A model generated the notes under the pieces. That model worked only from the letters and a program-made list of their open reading frames with translations, had not been told where the DNA came from and did not search any database. The position numbers were made by a program, and so were the translations under genes. Positions 21,646 through 32,635 of a DNA stretch of 64,000 bases are shown here, in pieces; position 1 is the stretch's first letter, and each line of letters begins with the position of its first letter. Source of the stretch: a virus; IMG/VR virus record IMGVR_UViG_3300020182_000023, positions 1 through 64,000 of that record; one strand, 5' to 3'.

Positions 21646-22860
21646 TTATGGTTTAATTATGTGATAAGCTACCTTTACTCCCGTATATACAATTGTTCCG
21701 AAAGTAATTTCTCCCGTTAAGGAATTTAAACTTATGCTGTATGTGCTAATTGATTCTACGTCATCTCCATCTACGGTTATGATTACATCTCCATCTGCAT
21801 AGTTGTAGTTTATAAGTTCTGTGAATGTATAGCTAGTAACGTCTGCCGTCATTGTAGCTGAACCCATTCTTACTATTGCAGGGGTTGTTCCTATACCTAC
21901 TACTTGAGATACTGTTCCTGAACTACCGCAATCTCCCGTACAACTTAATAAGTCTTTTATTTCAGAGGTATAAGCCGCTGCATCCGATGATTTACCGCAG
22001 TTATATGCGCTTTGTATCAGTTGCCATAGATTAGAAGTTCTATTAAATAACTTCGTTAATCTAGCTTCATCTGTCTTATTGCCCGTATTTATAGCTGCAT
22101 CTAGTTGCTGCTCTAATGCTTTCATACAACAATAAAGGTCGCAACCATCACTTCCACCGCTTACATAGATACCCTTATATCCCGTTACAGCATCTAGTAG
22201 TGTCCAAGTAACATCCGTAGAAGTTGCGTCTGTGTAATACCCGTTAAATGTATATGTAGCATTTGCTGACAAGGCTACTACCGAAGTAATATCAGGGTCA
22301 GTTGAATAGTAAAATACTTTTGTGTTTAATGTCTTTGTAGAACTATCAATGTTAGTTACATAAGAACCTAGACCTTGTGGGTGCGTAAGTGTTAATGTAC
22401 CCGCTATTGTAGGGTCTACTGAATTATAAGCGTAACTTGTTTCGTCTACTGCTTTAAAGAAAATAGGGTTTATTACGCTATAACTAAGGTCTAAATCAGC
22501 CGTTGGTGAAGAATAAGTGTTATCAAACTGAAATGTTCTTTCAAATTTAACCAAAGGTGCTGCTACATCGAAATACGTTAGCGTTATTTGATAAGAACCT
22601 CTAACAACTAATGAATCAGCATCTTTTGGTAGGTTTAGCGTATCGCTAGAGCCACCCGATGTCATATTAGGGTTAGATGTGTCTGTGTTATTATAAAATG
22701 TAGTTCCTTGTGGGTCTACTATCTTAACAAGTATTCTTGAATCTCCCGAAGCCCAACTTAAATCACCAGAACCATAAGTAGATGTATCTGTAAGTGTTAC
22801 GTTTTTGGCTGCGATAGACTCACCTGTTGTGAATGTTATGTCTGTTGATTGAGTTGCCAT
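21646..22860 (-). CDS. Tail hub/fibre attachment protein
   Basis: Thr-rich beta region then Cys-containing helical segment (CDLYCC, CTGDC); position before the ring genes. Confidence 0.5.
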   Translation of the reverse strand: MATQSTDITFTTGESIAAKNVTLTDTSTYGSGDLSWASGDSRILVKIVDPQGTTFYNNTDTSNPNMTSGGSSDTLNLPKDADSLVVRGSYQITLTYFDVAAPLVKFERTFQFDNTYSSPTADLDLSYSVINPIFFKAVDETSYAYNSVDPTIAGTLTLTHPQGLGSYVTNIDSSTKTLNTKVFYYSTDPDITSVVALSANATYTFNGYYTDATSTDVTWTLLDAVTGYKGIYVSGGSDGCDLYCCMKALEQQLDAAINTGNKTDEARLTKLFNRTSNLWQLIQSAYNCGKSSDAAAYTSEIKDLLSCTGDCGSSGTVSQVVGIGTTPAIVRMGSATMTADVTSYTFTELINYNYADGDVIITVDGDDVESISTYSISLNSLTGEITFGTIVYTGVKVAYHIIKP

Positions 22861-22889
22861 TAGTTATAATTTGTTAAATACAAAGATAC

Positions 22890-22922
22890 AAAAAAGGTGG
22901 GAACTGATATGAACCCACCTTT
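22890..22922 (-). terminator. Intrinsic terminator
   Basis: AAAGGTGGG/CCCACCTTT stem with U-run on the minus strand. Confidence 0.75.
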
Positions 22923-22950
22923 AATATAAATTATATGTTTAAATTACTGA

Positions 22951-24072
22951 CTACTCATCAGTTATTTTAGACTGTATGGTAAGTTTTAATTGTCTTACTA
23001 AATAAGCCTTCAAGTTAAACCCCTTAAACTCTAAATCGTTTTCAATCATTTTAACCACACCTTTCTTACCTTTTGCTAATTGGTTTTCTGGTTTTTTGTC
23101 GTCTAGGAATAAATAAGCACCCGATTGAATAAGAATACCTGCGTCTTTAGCCGCTTGTACTAATTCATCTGGAGTAAAGCTATCAATAACGTCTGGATTT
23201 TCATCTACGATATACTCATCGTCTGTTTCTCCCGTTAACTTGTAAAGAATGTCATTGTAAACTTCTTTTCCCGTTCCACCTGATTCACAGCAGTAATTAA
23301 CTAATACATCTTTAGGCATTAGTCCTTTTCTTACTTTTAAGCTGATTACAGGCTCACTTGTGTCATCCCATAGTATTTGCCTAGAAATCTTGTCAAACTT
23401 AATTAAACGTAGCGTAAATGCTCTGTTTATCTGTATTCTAGTTTCTAGTCTAGGGTCATTGATAATCTCTAGTACTTCTTCTGGATTTCTTCTAGCGTGA
23501 GAAATTAAATCCATTTTAAGTTCCTTCTCATTCAATGGAACATTGTTTCTGTCTAAAGTGTTTCTACCTAGTAATTCAGCTAATTGAATTAGGTTTTCTT
23601 CTCTAGCTTCAATAATAAACTGAATTGCTTTGTGAGTTAATTCTTCTGAATCAAATCTTTCTTCCGCATCTTTAGCTTCTGATTCTTCTGTAAAGATTAC
23701 TTCTGCATTTGGGTTTCTTTCTGGATTGCTACCGTTAGAGTTCATTGCTCTTAAATACTCAATAAGCATTGAATTTCTCTTTGGGTCTAAAATCATTATC
23801 TTGTCATTGAATGTTATTTTAGGTGCGGAAATTAATCTGAAGTCTTCTTCTCCCTTGTAGTTATTCCACTCATCCATATATATACTACGCTGCCCGTTAC
23901 TAGGGTTGTAAACTGCTATACGCTTGTTTATAACTCCCGTCTTAGGGTTTTCTATGTTTATAATGTCTTTTGCTGGAATTGATACACCTCTGTTTGCGCC
24001 ACTTCTTCGTGTGTCTAGTGCAACGTGTCTTTTGTCTAGTACGAATGTAACGTACTTCTCTACTTGTGCCAT
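22951..24072 (-). CDS. Conserved head-module protein downstream of MCP
   Basis: Long ORF; ELKMDLI..ARRNP motif; crAss-like synteny. Confidence 0.5.
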   Translation of the reverse strand: MAQVEKYVTFVLDKRHVALDTRRSGANRGVSIPAKDIINIENPKTGVINKRIAVYNPSNGQRSIYMDEWNNYKGEEDFRLISAPKITFNDKIMILDPKRNSMLIEYLRAMNSNGSNPERNPNAEVIFTEESEAKDAEERFDSEELTHKAIQFIIEAREENLIQLAELLGRNTLDRNNVPLNEKELKMDLISHARRNPEEVLEIINDPRLETRIQINRAFTLRLIKFDKISRQILWDDTSEPVISLKVRKGLMPKDVLVNYCCESGGTGKEVYNDILYKLTGETDDEYIVDENPDVIDSFTPDELVQAAKDAGILIQSGAYLFLDDKKPENQLAKGKKGVVKMIENDLEFKGFNLKAYLVRQLKLTIQSKITDE

Positions 24073-24127
24073 AATACTTTATTAAATTAAAATTTGTAAA
24101 TACAAAATTAAACAATTTTTAACAAAC

Positions 24128-24160
24128 AAAAAAAGCCCCAATGTTTCCATCAGGGCTTTT
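24128..24160 (-). terminator. Intrinsic terminator after the major capsid gene
   Basis: AAAAGCCC/GGGCTTTT stem plus U-run. Confidence 0.8.
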
Positions 24161-24182
24161 AATAGTTTATATAAGGTTAATT

Positions 24183-25595
24183 CTAGTTAGCCTTAAAGAT
24201 ACCATATCGGTTAGCAGCGAATCCTTCAAATCCTCTATCACAAGTCATATGAACGTTAAGTTCAGCAACATCTGATGTTGGTATTTGTGCTAATCCACCT
24301 GTTTCCCATTGACGGAATCCCATATTAGAACCTTTTGTCTCTAAGTAGTTTAATCTTAAAGAAGGTACTGAAGATGTTCCTCCACCAAATTGTGGTACGA
24401 TTACGTTATCAGAAGGAATTACTAAGCCCATATTAGTGAACTTTTGTCCTTCAGCTCCTAGACCCCAAGGCTTATCAAAGATAGATAAGTGTTTTTTATC
24501 GAAAGCAAATCCACCATAAGTGATTTCTCCGAATCCAAACGCTACACTTCTTGAATCAGAAGGAGTTCCGTTATAAGAAATACCACCAGAATTTAAGCCA
24601 GTTGTAACTCTCATTAGGTTATCAATCTCTACAGAAAGAGTATGACCAACCCACATTGTGTTTTTTCTACTTCCTTCGTATTTAACCAACTTAGCAGCTA
24701 AACTATCGAAATCATCTAAAGCAAATGAACCAACGTTGTAAGTCTCTACGTTTCCGTAAGCTTCCATCCAAGGAATAAGACCTTGACTTCCTAATACAGT
24801 TCCAAATCCTGATGTGTCAGCCAAAGTAGTGTTAGTTACTTGGTCGCCAATCAACATAGACTGCTCTAATTCTACCATAAGCACTTTGTAAGCGTCATAA
24901 ACAGCTTCGTTGTACCATCCGCTAGAGTTACCATCTTTACCTAAGTTCTCGAACCAAGTTTCAGTAGCAGTTTCTCTGTCTGTTACTTTGTGGTCGTTTC
25001 TTAGAGTTTGGATTGTATTCTTATATTCAAATACAGTCTTACTAGAAGAAGTTCTTTGAGAAGAAGCCTCACCCATTAAGTTGTAAGCGATTATAATAGT
25101 ATCAGTAGTTGCTACCTCTGGAATAGCATCTGCTGGATTCAAAGGAATTACATCGTATGTAGCTCCAACTACATCTGTAACCAAACCTTTTACTCGGTTA
25201 GGAAACATTAATACGTCATTCTTTCTTACAGGGTAAGTAGTTGTGTTTCCAGCTTGTACATAAGCTCCACCGTTATTAGCGGCATCCCACTTATAAGCTG
25301 TTGCAATTGTGTGCGTAACCTCCGCTCCTGCTGCTCCTTCGGAAGCAAGAGATGCTAGTTTTACTACTTCCTTAATGTAATCAGATTCAACGTGAATATA
25401 CTCGTTGTTCTTGATTCCGTTCATAGCCATAGTCATCTCACAAAATCCAGAAATCATCTGGTTTCCGAAAGGATTAACTAAAGTTGGGTCGATGTTTGGT
25501 TTACGAATCGACTGGTCGTATGTCAATGCAAGCGAATCAACGTATGTGTTGTTTGTGTAATTCGCTGTAGTTGCTGGTGTTGTATTAAATCCCAT
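24183..25595 (-). CDS. Major capsid protein
   Basis: 470 aa after portal and scaffold; YKN.IQ..R, E.EQSML.G, G.QGL, TCDRGFEGFAAN pattern; followed by a terminator. Confidence 0.85.
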   Translation of the reverse strand: MGFNTTPATTANYTNNTYVDSLALTYDQSIRKPNIDPTLVNPFGNQMISGFCEMTMAMNGIKNNEYIHVESDYIKEVVKLASLASEGAAGAEVTHTIATAYKWDAANNGGAYVQAGNTTTYPVRKNDVLMFPNRVKGLVTDVVGATYDVIPLNPADAIPEVATTDTIIIAYNLMGEASSQRTSSSKTVFEYKNTIQTLRNDHKVTDRETATETWFENLGKDGNSSGWYNEAVYDAYKVLMVELEQSMLIGDQVTNTTLADTSGFGTVLGSQGLIPWMEAYGNVETYNVGSFALDDFDSLAAKLVKYEGSRKNTMWVGHTLSVEIDNLMRVTTGLNSGGISYNGTPSDSRSVAFGFGEITYGGFAFDKKHLSIFDKPWGLGAEGQKFTNMGLVIPSDNVIVPQFGGGTSSVPSLRLNYLETKGSNMGFRQWETGGLAQIPTSDVAELNVHMTCDRGFEGFAANRYGIFKAN

Positions 25596-25618
25596 TTTTA
25601 TTGTTTAAAAAAATTGTT

Positions 25619-26785
25619 TTACATAATTGTCGGTATATGGGCTTTACTGTATGCATCTGCGTTCCTATCCTTAGCAACCTCATTTGGTTTAGCTGTGGTT
25701 TCGGGCAAAGAGGCATTAGTTAACTCATTAACCGCTTCTTTTTCACTCTTAGCTGAATTATGCTCCAACATCTTATTATGAATACCAGACCTTAACTCTG
25801 GGTTTTGCCAAATTAAATTCTCAACTGTGACTGCTAAACCTTCGTCCTTAACACGATTTTCTATAGAGCCGTTTTCGTCAATTAATAATCTGAAGTCATT
25901 CTTAAAGATATTTCCTAAAGCTTCATTCAATGTGCTTACATTTTCTTTTGAGAACTCGTATTGTATTACGTCATCCCCTACTTTAATATCGTAAGCACTA
26001 TTCTTATTAAAGTAATCATTAACCTTTGCTTTAAACTGTCTCTCCGCTTTTGGAAGGAACGTTTGTAGCCTTTTTTCTTCTTCTTGAGCCGTTATCCTTT
26101 GTTCATCCTGTGGATTCATAGGTGGCTTCGCATTTTCTTGTCTTTCTTTTAGCTTACCTAAGTAAGTTTCAGCCTTTATGTCTAAGTCAGCTTTCGCTCG
26201 TTTATGCTCCTTGTCCTCTGGTGTAGAGTATTCGTCATACAAAGCGTCATAATCATTCTCTAACTTAGCTCTTAGCTTCTCCTCTGATACATTAGGAAAG
26301 TCTAATTTATACCCCTCTAACACAACGTCTAATGCTTGGTTTACATCGTTTAAATCATAATTATTGTAATCTCTAGTTGTTAAAGACCAATAGCTGTTAT
26401 CATTTAAATCGTAACCTTGCGCTTCTAATTCTCTTGCTCTCTTAATAAAATCACTTTCTTCTGTTACATTTGATTGTGATTCTAACCATTCTTGCTTTTT
26501 AGCCTCGAAGTCTTCTTGTGTTAAATAACCTAAGTCTTTGGCTTTAGAGCGCACCAAATCTTCATTTAGTTCTGGTGCTTGCTCCTCAACCGATGGAGGT
26601 TGGGACACGTTATCTTCTACGACAGTTTCTTCCACTATCGTATCTTTTATAGGTTCTTCCGTTTGTGCAACGGGAGTTTCGTTTTCTACTACTTCAGTTG
26701 CCTCTTGTGCAACCTCTTCTGATTTCAAAGAACTATATTCGTCCTTGCTTTTTCCTAAGCTAGTGTTTATTTCTATTCCGTCCAT
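25619..26785 (-). CDS. Capsid scaffolding protein
   Basis: Acidic low-complexity N-terminus, helical; between portal and MCP. Confidence 0.7.
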   Translation of the reverse strand: MDGIEINTSLGKSKDEYSSLKSEEVAQEATEVVENETPVAQTEEPIKDTIVEETVVEDNVSQPPSVEEQAPELNEDLVRSKAKDLGYLTQEDFEAKKQEWLESQSNVTEESDFIKRARELEAQGYDLNDNSYWSLTTRDYNNYDLNDVNQALDVVLEGYKLDFPNVSEEKLRAKLENDYDALYDEYSTPEDKEHKRAKADLDIKAETYLGKLKERQENAKPPMNPQDEQRITAQEEEKRLQTFLPKAERQFKAKVNDYFNKNSAYDIKVGDDVIQYEFSKENVSTLNEALGNIFKNDFRLLIDENGSIENRVKDEGLAVTVENLIWQNPELRSGIHNKMLEHNSAKSEKEAVNELTNASLPETTAKPNEVAKDRNADAYSKAHIPTIM

Positions 26786-26835
26786 AATAAATTAAATTGA
26801 TATATACAAAATTAATAAGATTTTTTAACAAAAAC

Positions 26836-29373
26836 CTAAGCCTGTGTTTGACCCGTTGATGCGGCTCTTTTCTGTGCGTCATCTGCTGGTCTAGGTGTGC
26901 TTCTAAAAGGCTGTGGTATTCCCCTCTTACCGCCACCACCGCTAGGCGTAGAGCTAGGAGTAGATGTTAATGAAGAAGATGGTGAGCCGCTAGGGGTGTT
27001 GTTTAATACCTCTGTTTTTGCGTTTGTGTCCATGCTTGTTTTTATCAAGTCTTGGTCTACTTCACCCTTTAAAACAGTTCCTAATCTTCCTTCTCCTGCT
27101 TTTACTTTCTCTAACTCAGCCTTAAATTGATACTCAGCTTGCATTTTTTGCATAGCGAAACTATGCTCTATTTTCATTAATTCTAAGTCTGCTGCTTTTG
27201 CCGCTTGATTACTTTGAATCTGAATTTGACCATTAGCTTGCTGTAATTCAATAGAGCGTTGGTGCGCCTTCTGCATAAAATTGTCTGCCGCTCTAGCTAG
27301 ATATTCGTTAGCTGCTTTATAGCTTCCCGCTTCTAATACCTCTCTTGACCTATTAGCTTCTGCCACTGATATTTGCCCTTGTTGTATCGCAATTTTAACA
27401 GACTCTTCAAACAATGCTTTTTGTTGTTCTGACGGCTTAAACTTAATTGATATGCCTAATTCAGCATTTGTAAGTTCTTTACTTGCTTTAAGCACTTCTA
27501 CTCGCAAGCTACCCATAGCCATTTTATAGCCGTTAACTTTTATGCCTCTAGCTATATTATGCTTAATCATTAAGGCTATCCTATCTGATGTACGCTCTAT
27601 GATATTAGTGTATGCGTCTGTAAGTTGTTTTGTTGCGGAGTTATAAGCAGATTCTCTCTTTTCTTCTACGCCTACTAATGCGCCTTTAGCTGCTGCTGTT
27701 CCATCTATTGTAGGGTTAATACCACTCACTTGATACATTTGAGATACCCAATGATTGTATATGCCTACTAATCTCTCTACGTCTGATGATAATCCGTTTT
27801 CTAATTCTTTTATAGGAGGCTGACCCGTTAAGGTTTGAGGTCTACCATTCTTATCGTGAGAGCGGTAGTATATTCTACCCGTCTTATCGTAAATCTCTGC
27901 TAGTCCCTTATCGTCTACCAAACCGCTACCCATTCCAGATGTAACCCCTTGTAGGGCGGAAATATCTATTGCAACGTTCTTTGGTCTTGCCTGACTAATT
28001 AAGTGCTGTATCTTTTGCTCTATATTAATCATTTGACGTACATAAGGAATCATTGATTCAGTCATCCCTTGACTCATAGTATCTTGTACGTTAGGTGTGT
28101 AGAACACTAAGTCAAATTCTGCATTAGTGTCAATTACCTTGTCCTTAATGCGTCTTACTATGTCGTTTTTCTTTTTGTACCCGAAACATTTATTTGTATC
28201 ACATACTAAGTAGCCTTCGTAAATGTCTATAACAGACTTTCTGATTACTTCTGTTACGCCTCTTTTCTTAACTTTCTTTCCTTCTTCATCCTCGTAATAC
28301 TCTTTGTAATTACTAGGTACTTTATCAAATGATACGCTATTTCCCTTCTTAGACTTTTTCTCTCTCCATACCTTGTGGTTTTCAGACTTGAATTGCCCAA
28401 ACATAACAAGAACATTAAAGTTATCATATTCATTTGAAGTTATCCCTTCTTGGTAGTAAGAACCAAATGACCAACTCTGATTAGATACGCTTCCTTTATT
28501 TCCTGCATATCTCTTTGCTATGTCAAATAGTTCTGATTCTGATAACTCTCCGTTTGAACGTTGTCTTAGTTCATTTATAGTCATCTCTAGCACTATGCCT
28601 ACATAGGTTGCGTCTGATGCGTCTGGCTTAGTGAAATAAGAGTATATTAAGTTTTTTCTGTCTATTGCTTCTGTTATAATGTTACCGTTTCTATCGAACC
28701 TAGTCCAAGTTCCTGCGCTGTCTAAAACGTGCAAATCCCTTGATATAGTTTTCTTTATTTCCTCGAAACTATTGTTTGCGTAAACATATCGTATTCCATT
28801 TTCAATAGACTCTTCTTCTTCTGTTTTCCAATTTAATTCTGCATCAAATTGTACTTCGTCTATTGTGTCTGGAGCGTCTTTTACCTCTTCTTTTATCTTG
28901 TCTAAGCCCGATGTGTCTTGACCTTGCGCTTCCATCTTAGCGATAGCGGCTTTAATCTTAACCTTACCGAACATCTCTTTCATTCGGTTGTCTAACTTAT
29001 CTGTGCTGTCTTTGTCTATTGCCGTAGCAATTACATCGTAAGGTCTGTCTATTAGCTTGTTAGAAGAAATGTTGATTAGGTTCTTTAATACCCCTGCTGC
29101 TGCGGGAGTGAAATCCTTAGATAATAATGATGTATTACCATCTTCTAAAGTATCTCTGTCTTTATACTCCTCAATTGAAGGCGTACCCATAGCAAAGTTC
29201 CGTAAAGTAACGAACTTCTTTCTTTGGTCGAAAAAGTTATTAGCATCCTTACTATGCTCACCCCACATAGCCCTAAGATAAGCTAGACCATACTCTCGTG
29301 TAGCTTTCTTCTCTTCAGAATCAAATGGGTTTGGGAATCCTCTAAAGGATTTTTGAGCTTTTATATTATCCAA
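26836..29373 (-). CDS. Portal protein
   Basis: 845 aa after the terminase; SGINPTIDG, ALVGV motifs; helical C-terminus. Confidence 0.85.
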   Translation of the reverse strand: MDNIKAQKSFRGFPNPFDSEEKKATREYGLAYLRAMWGEHSKDANNFFDQRKKFVTLRNFAMGTPSIEEYKDRDTLEDGNTSLLSKDFTPAAAGVLKNLINISSNKLIDRPYDVIATAIDKDSTDKLDNRMKEMFGKVKIKAAIAKMEAQGQDTSGLDKIKEEVKDAPDTIDEVQFDAELNWKTEEEESIENGIRYVYANNSFEEIKKTISRDLHVLDSAGTWTRFDRNGNIITEAIDRKNLIYSYFTKPDASDATYVGIVLEMTINELRQRSNGELSESELFDIAKRYAGNKGSVSNQSWSFGSYYQEGITSNEYDNFNVLVMFGQFKSENHKVWREKKSKKGNSVSFDKVPSNYKEYYEDEEGKKVKKRGVTEVIRKSVIDIYEGYLVCDTNKCFGYKKKNDIVRRIKDKVIDTNAEFDLVFYTPNVQDTMSQGMTESMIPYVRQMINIEQKIQHLISQARPKNVAIDISALQGVTSGMGSGLVDDKGLAEIYDKTGRIYYRSHDKNGRPQTLTGQPPIKELENGLSSDVERLVGIYNHWVSQMYQVSGINPTIDGTAAAKGALVGVEEKRESAYNSATKQLTDAYTNIIERTSDRIALMIKHNIARGIKVNGYKMAMGSLRVEVLKASKELTNAELGISIKFKPSEQQKALFEESVKIAIQQGQISVAEANRSREVLEAGSYKAANEYLARAADNFMQKAHQRSIELQQANGQIQIQSNQAAKAADLELMKIEHSFAMQKMQAEYQFKAELEKVKAGEGRLGTVLKGEVDQDLIKTSMDTNAKTEVLNNTPSGSPSSSLTSTPSSTPSGGGGKRGIPQPFRSTPRPADDAQKRAASTGQTQA

Positions 29374-29428
29374 GTTGCTGAATTTCTTTTTACAAAGATA
29401 CTAAAATTAAGATTAATTAACTATAAAG

Positions 29429-31492
29429 TTATTTAACCTTATATATCTTATGAAAACTCATTACATTAAAGTCTGCGGGAGCGGATAATTCTGACGTATC
29501 TATATTCATTCTACTCATTTTACACGCTAGTATTGCTATCATATATGCCACCGTTGCATCGTAGGGAGTCCAATTGTCTACCTCGAAATCTTGTAAATCT
29601 TCTATTAGGTTAGGGAATGGCATTGAGCCGTAAGTAGGGCTACCCGTTTGGTCTACTTCAATATAACCTATATCATCTACAATATGCGCTCTAGTAACGT
29701 TTACTAGGTTCTCTCGTATTCCTCCATTAGTTGCGTTATAAAAGCCTCTCTCTTTAAACTTTTTCTTTTGGTCTTTCTCTAGTTCGTTATACATTAGGTA
29801 TTCTTCACATCTCTTATTCTCGAAATGACGAATCAATACTGACCCTGCGTTATTTTCTACGAAAACTCTAGCTGAATAGAATACAGCCATCATTATCATA
29901 TCCTCTGCAAAGTCTGTTGGGTGGTCTTGTCTATATAGATATTCGCATACAGCTTTAGGTGTTTTATTTCCCATATAACCTATATCAAGAACTGCGTAAG
30001 CTGCGTTATCTGAGCCGCTTCCTGCTACGGGTGCTTTAAGGTTTGTAGGGTCAATACCTATTCTAACGTGTTCTCTTGTTGGTTCTCTACCATATTCTGA
30101 TATTCTGTATTGGTTTCTATCTTCTGTTGGCGGCATCCACGCAACAGTCCATCTACCGTTTTCTTTATCTTCTTGAAAACCTACTTCGTTTTCTTCTCCG
30201 TTCTTCCAATAGAAGTTACCTCGTCTGTTTTCTGCGTAAATACCTTCATCTTCGTTATATTGTGATTGCTGCTGTATCTTAGCTAACGCCCAAGGACTTG
30301 CTGTTGATTCCATTAACCACATATCAGATTCTCTTAATGGATATTTCCTTCTGTATGATATAAGCTCAGAGCCACTTAATCTAGCCATTTCAGCTTCGTG
30401 AAACCTTCTAGCGTACTCTCTGTCTGAATACCCCCACTCATCAACCTTATACCCGTAATCAGCAGGTATAAAGAGTTTTCTTAATCCACTTATAGTTCTA
30501 CCAAGTAAAGGGTCTAATGTCTTAACATTTGAGTTATCCCAAATATTTTTAAATCTAGCACCTCCAAATCTCTCCATATCCTCTACGGTTGTAGTATGCA
30601 AGGACTTACCTACCACCTTATCCCTAGACATAAAGCATTTAGAGTTTACCTCCCAACGCTCATCTACTTCTGCTACACCTTTCTCTACCTTACCTTCCTC
30701 ATCGTAATACCCAAATCTAAACCCTAATCCATCTTGAGCCATATTGTTAGCGGGGAACGGCTTAATCCAAGAGTCTAATACATATTGGTATTCCTTTACT
30801 TCGCCCTTAGAACTTTTCTTTTGTGGTGCGGTAAAATATATAGCGTTACTTCTTTTTGTTTCACCCGTATCAATAGGCTTAAAGAAGTCTGGTAGCCTTT
30901 GCCAAGATTCTTGTATTTTTAAGAATACCTCTACGGCATCTTTATTTGTTTTAGATTGTATAGCGCACTTAGCACCCTCTAACATCATTGCTGTTGTATA
31001 GCATATAGCCCCGCCAACAGATGTTTTCCCGAATCTTCTACAAGTCCCCCAAACCGCACCCAATGAACTTTTGTCCTTCTCTGTACAATCCCAATGGTAG
31101 AAAGTATCTCTCTGTGCATCAATGAAATCTGGAGTTGTGTATGTACCATCATTAACGGATGGTATTATCCACCATTGAAGCATAAAGTAATGCTTACCCG
31201 TTACATATTCTAGTTGGTTGCCATTATAGAAGTGTATGCCCTCGTCTAGCCTTCGCTGTTCTTCTGCTACAAATTCTATTAATTCGCTTTCGGATAGCGT
31301 GTCTATTATATCCCTATCGTGTAGCGGAAACTTTCTATCATCCTTCTCTAAACCAAAATTAAATACATCGCCAACATCTGGCGGGTCGGGTCTTACATAA
31401 TCATAGTCACCTACTCGTATGTTTGTTTGGAAATCATAGTAAATTTCGTGACATTCCTCTATGCCCTTACTTGTCTTTTCTTTGTTGGGCAT
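29429..31492 (-). CDS. terL: Terminase large subunit
   Basis: RRFGKT Walker A, YYDEEGK Walker B, TTT motif III, IGIDP and YD..VA RNase H-like nuclease. Confidence 0.9.
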   Translation of the reverse strand: MPNKEKTSKGIEECHEIYYDFQTNIRVGDYDYVRPDPPDVGDVFNFGLEKDDRKFPLHDRDIIDTLSESELIEFVAEEQRRLDEGIHFYNGNQLEYVTGKHYFMLQWWIIPSVNDGTYTTPDFIDAQRDTFYHWDCTEKDKSSLGAVWGTCRRFGKTSVGGAICYTTAMMLEGAKCAIQSKTNKDAVEVFLKIQESWQRLPDFFKPIDTGETKRSNAIYFTAPQKKSSKGEVKEYQYVLDSWIKPFPANNMAQDGLGFRFGYYDEEGKVEKGVAEVDERWEVNSKCFMSRDKVVGKSLHTTTVEDMERFGGARFKNIWDNSNVKTLDPLLGRTISGLRKLFIPADYGYKVDEWGYSDREYARRFHEAEMARLSGSELISYRRKYPLRESDMWLMESTASPWALAKIQQQSQYNEDEGIYAENRRGNFYWKNGEENEVGFQEDKENGRWTVAWMPPTEDRNQYRISEYGREPTREHVRIGIDPTNLKAPVAGSGSDNAAYAVLDIGYMGNKTPKAVCEYLYRQDHPTDFAEDMIMMAVFYSARVFVENNAGSVLIRHFENKRCEEYLMYNELEKDQKKKFKERGFYNATNGGIRENLVNVTRAHIVDDIGYIEVDQTGSPTYGSMPFPNLIEDLQDFEVDNWTPYDATVAYMIAILACKMSRMNIDTSELSAPADFNVMSFHKIYKVK

Positions 31493-31805
31493 AGAACTCT
31501 GGTTTTAATTCGCTTGGCTTTAGTCTTTCTTTCTTTGCTCTCGCAAGTTCCGTGGGGTCAATTCTAGTTTCTAATTTATATATAGCATCGGTAAGCTTCT
31601 CCATTTTATCGCCCCACTTTATAAACTCATCGAAAGCGTCATCATCTTGACCGAATATTATCTTCACTTTACTAATTTGCCTAGATATATCATCCATTTG
31701 ACTTTTCAGCGCAACATATCCCTCTAAATAAGGGCTTTCAAATACCTTTTTAAGTATTCGTTTTGCTTCAGGTAAATCAAGTTTATCTATATAACTATGC
31801 TTCAT
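31467..31805 (-). CDS. Possible terminase small subunit
   Basis: Small helical ORF overlapping the terL start; position only. Confidence 0.4.
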   Translation of the reverse strand: MKHSYIDKLDLPEAKRILKKVFESPYLEGYVALKSQMDDISRQISKVKIIFGQDDDAFDEFIKWGDKMEKLTDAIYKLETRIDPTELARAKKERLKPSELKPEFYAQQRKDK

Positions 31806-32635
31806 AATTCTGCTAGTACGTTATCTTTTTTTACAGCGTAATACTTATTACCATTAAACTCAAATGAGTTATACCCTCGCTTCATATAAATAAGCTGCGT
31901 GTCTTTCTTATATGCGTTTGAATATACTACCTTACCTAAGCCTTTTGTTACCTTTTCTTTTCTAGGTAAATAAATGCCGTTAAAGTCTACCCACTCTTCG
32001 TCATCATCCATAGCTTCCATTATAATCCAATCACCAAAAGGAATCAATTCATCCCCATTGATTACAGCAAAAATATAGCTAGAATGTGTGAATATAACAT
32101 CCTTACCGTCTACTTGCATCCACTCACCTTCAAATTGGTCTGATGGATAGTCGTTATCCTCTGCGTAGATTATGGTATCACCTTTCTTTAATCCGTAGCA
32201 ATCAATTACGATTACACCCCTGTCATTAGGCTGCTCTACGGTTTGCGGAATATATATACCGCTATCGGTAGTTTCTTTCTTAGGCAGTTTCTTAATACCT
32301 ACAAAACCATTCGTAGGCACTTCGTTTATCGCTCTTACATACTGAACGTATTCTGAGTCTCGTAAAAGATAATAGAATATACCTTTTTCAGTTGTACCAT
32401 TCCAATCTTCGCTAGAAAACTTTCTGTCATCTAGCCAACACATTCTATGGTCAAACCAAATCTTACCGTTAAGTTCTACATCTAACTTTGTTGAGTTTTC
32501 TACGACAATGCCATCGTGTGTCATATGCTTACCCTCGTGACCCCAATTAGAGTCGATTATAAGCCCGTTTAACATATTAGCCTTATCATCGTCTACTTTT
32601 ACAGCGATGTAGTTTAAAATGCCTCCTTTAAGCAT
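31802..32635 (-). CDS. Tandem (three-domain) GroES-like co-chaperonin
   Basis: Three roughly 90-aa units: NYIAVK..NGLII..GIVV; PTNGFVGIK..ETTDSGIYIP..RGVIV..KKGDTIIY..IFAV; PFGDWIIME..NGIYLP..GKVV..NGNKY..DNVLA. Confidence 0.7.
   Translation of the reverse strand: MLKGGILNYIAVKVDDDKANMLNGLIIDSNWGHEGKHMTHDGIVVENSTKLDVELNGKIWFDHRMCWLDDRKFSSEDWNGTTEKGIFYYLLRDSEYVQYVRAINEVPTNGFVGIKKLPKKETTDSGIYIPQTVEQPNDRGVIVIDCYGLKKGDTIIYAEDNDYPSDQFEGEWMQVDGKDVIFTHSSYIFAVINGDELIPFGDWIIMEAMDDDEEWVDFNGIYLPRKEKVTKGLGKVVYSNAYKKDTQLIYMKRGYNSFEFNGNKYYAVKKDNVLAEL

Noticed and set aside
6044-31492. Stop-codon reassignment as in some crAss phages
   Set aside because: Long genes are intact in the standard code and TAG/TGA end genes at sensible places
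29429-31492. Intein or intron in the terminase
   Set aside because: Continuous ORF of normal size with no splicing motifs seen
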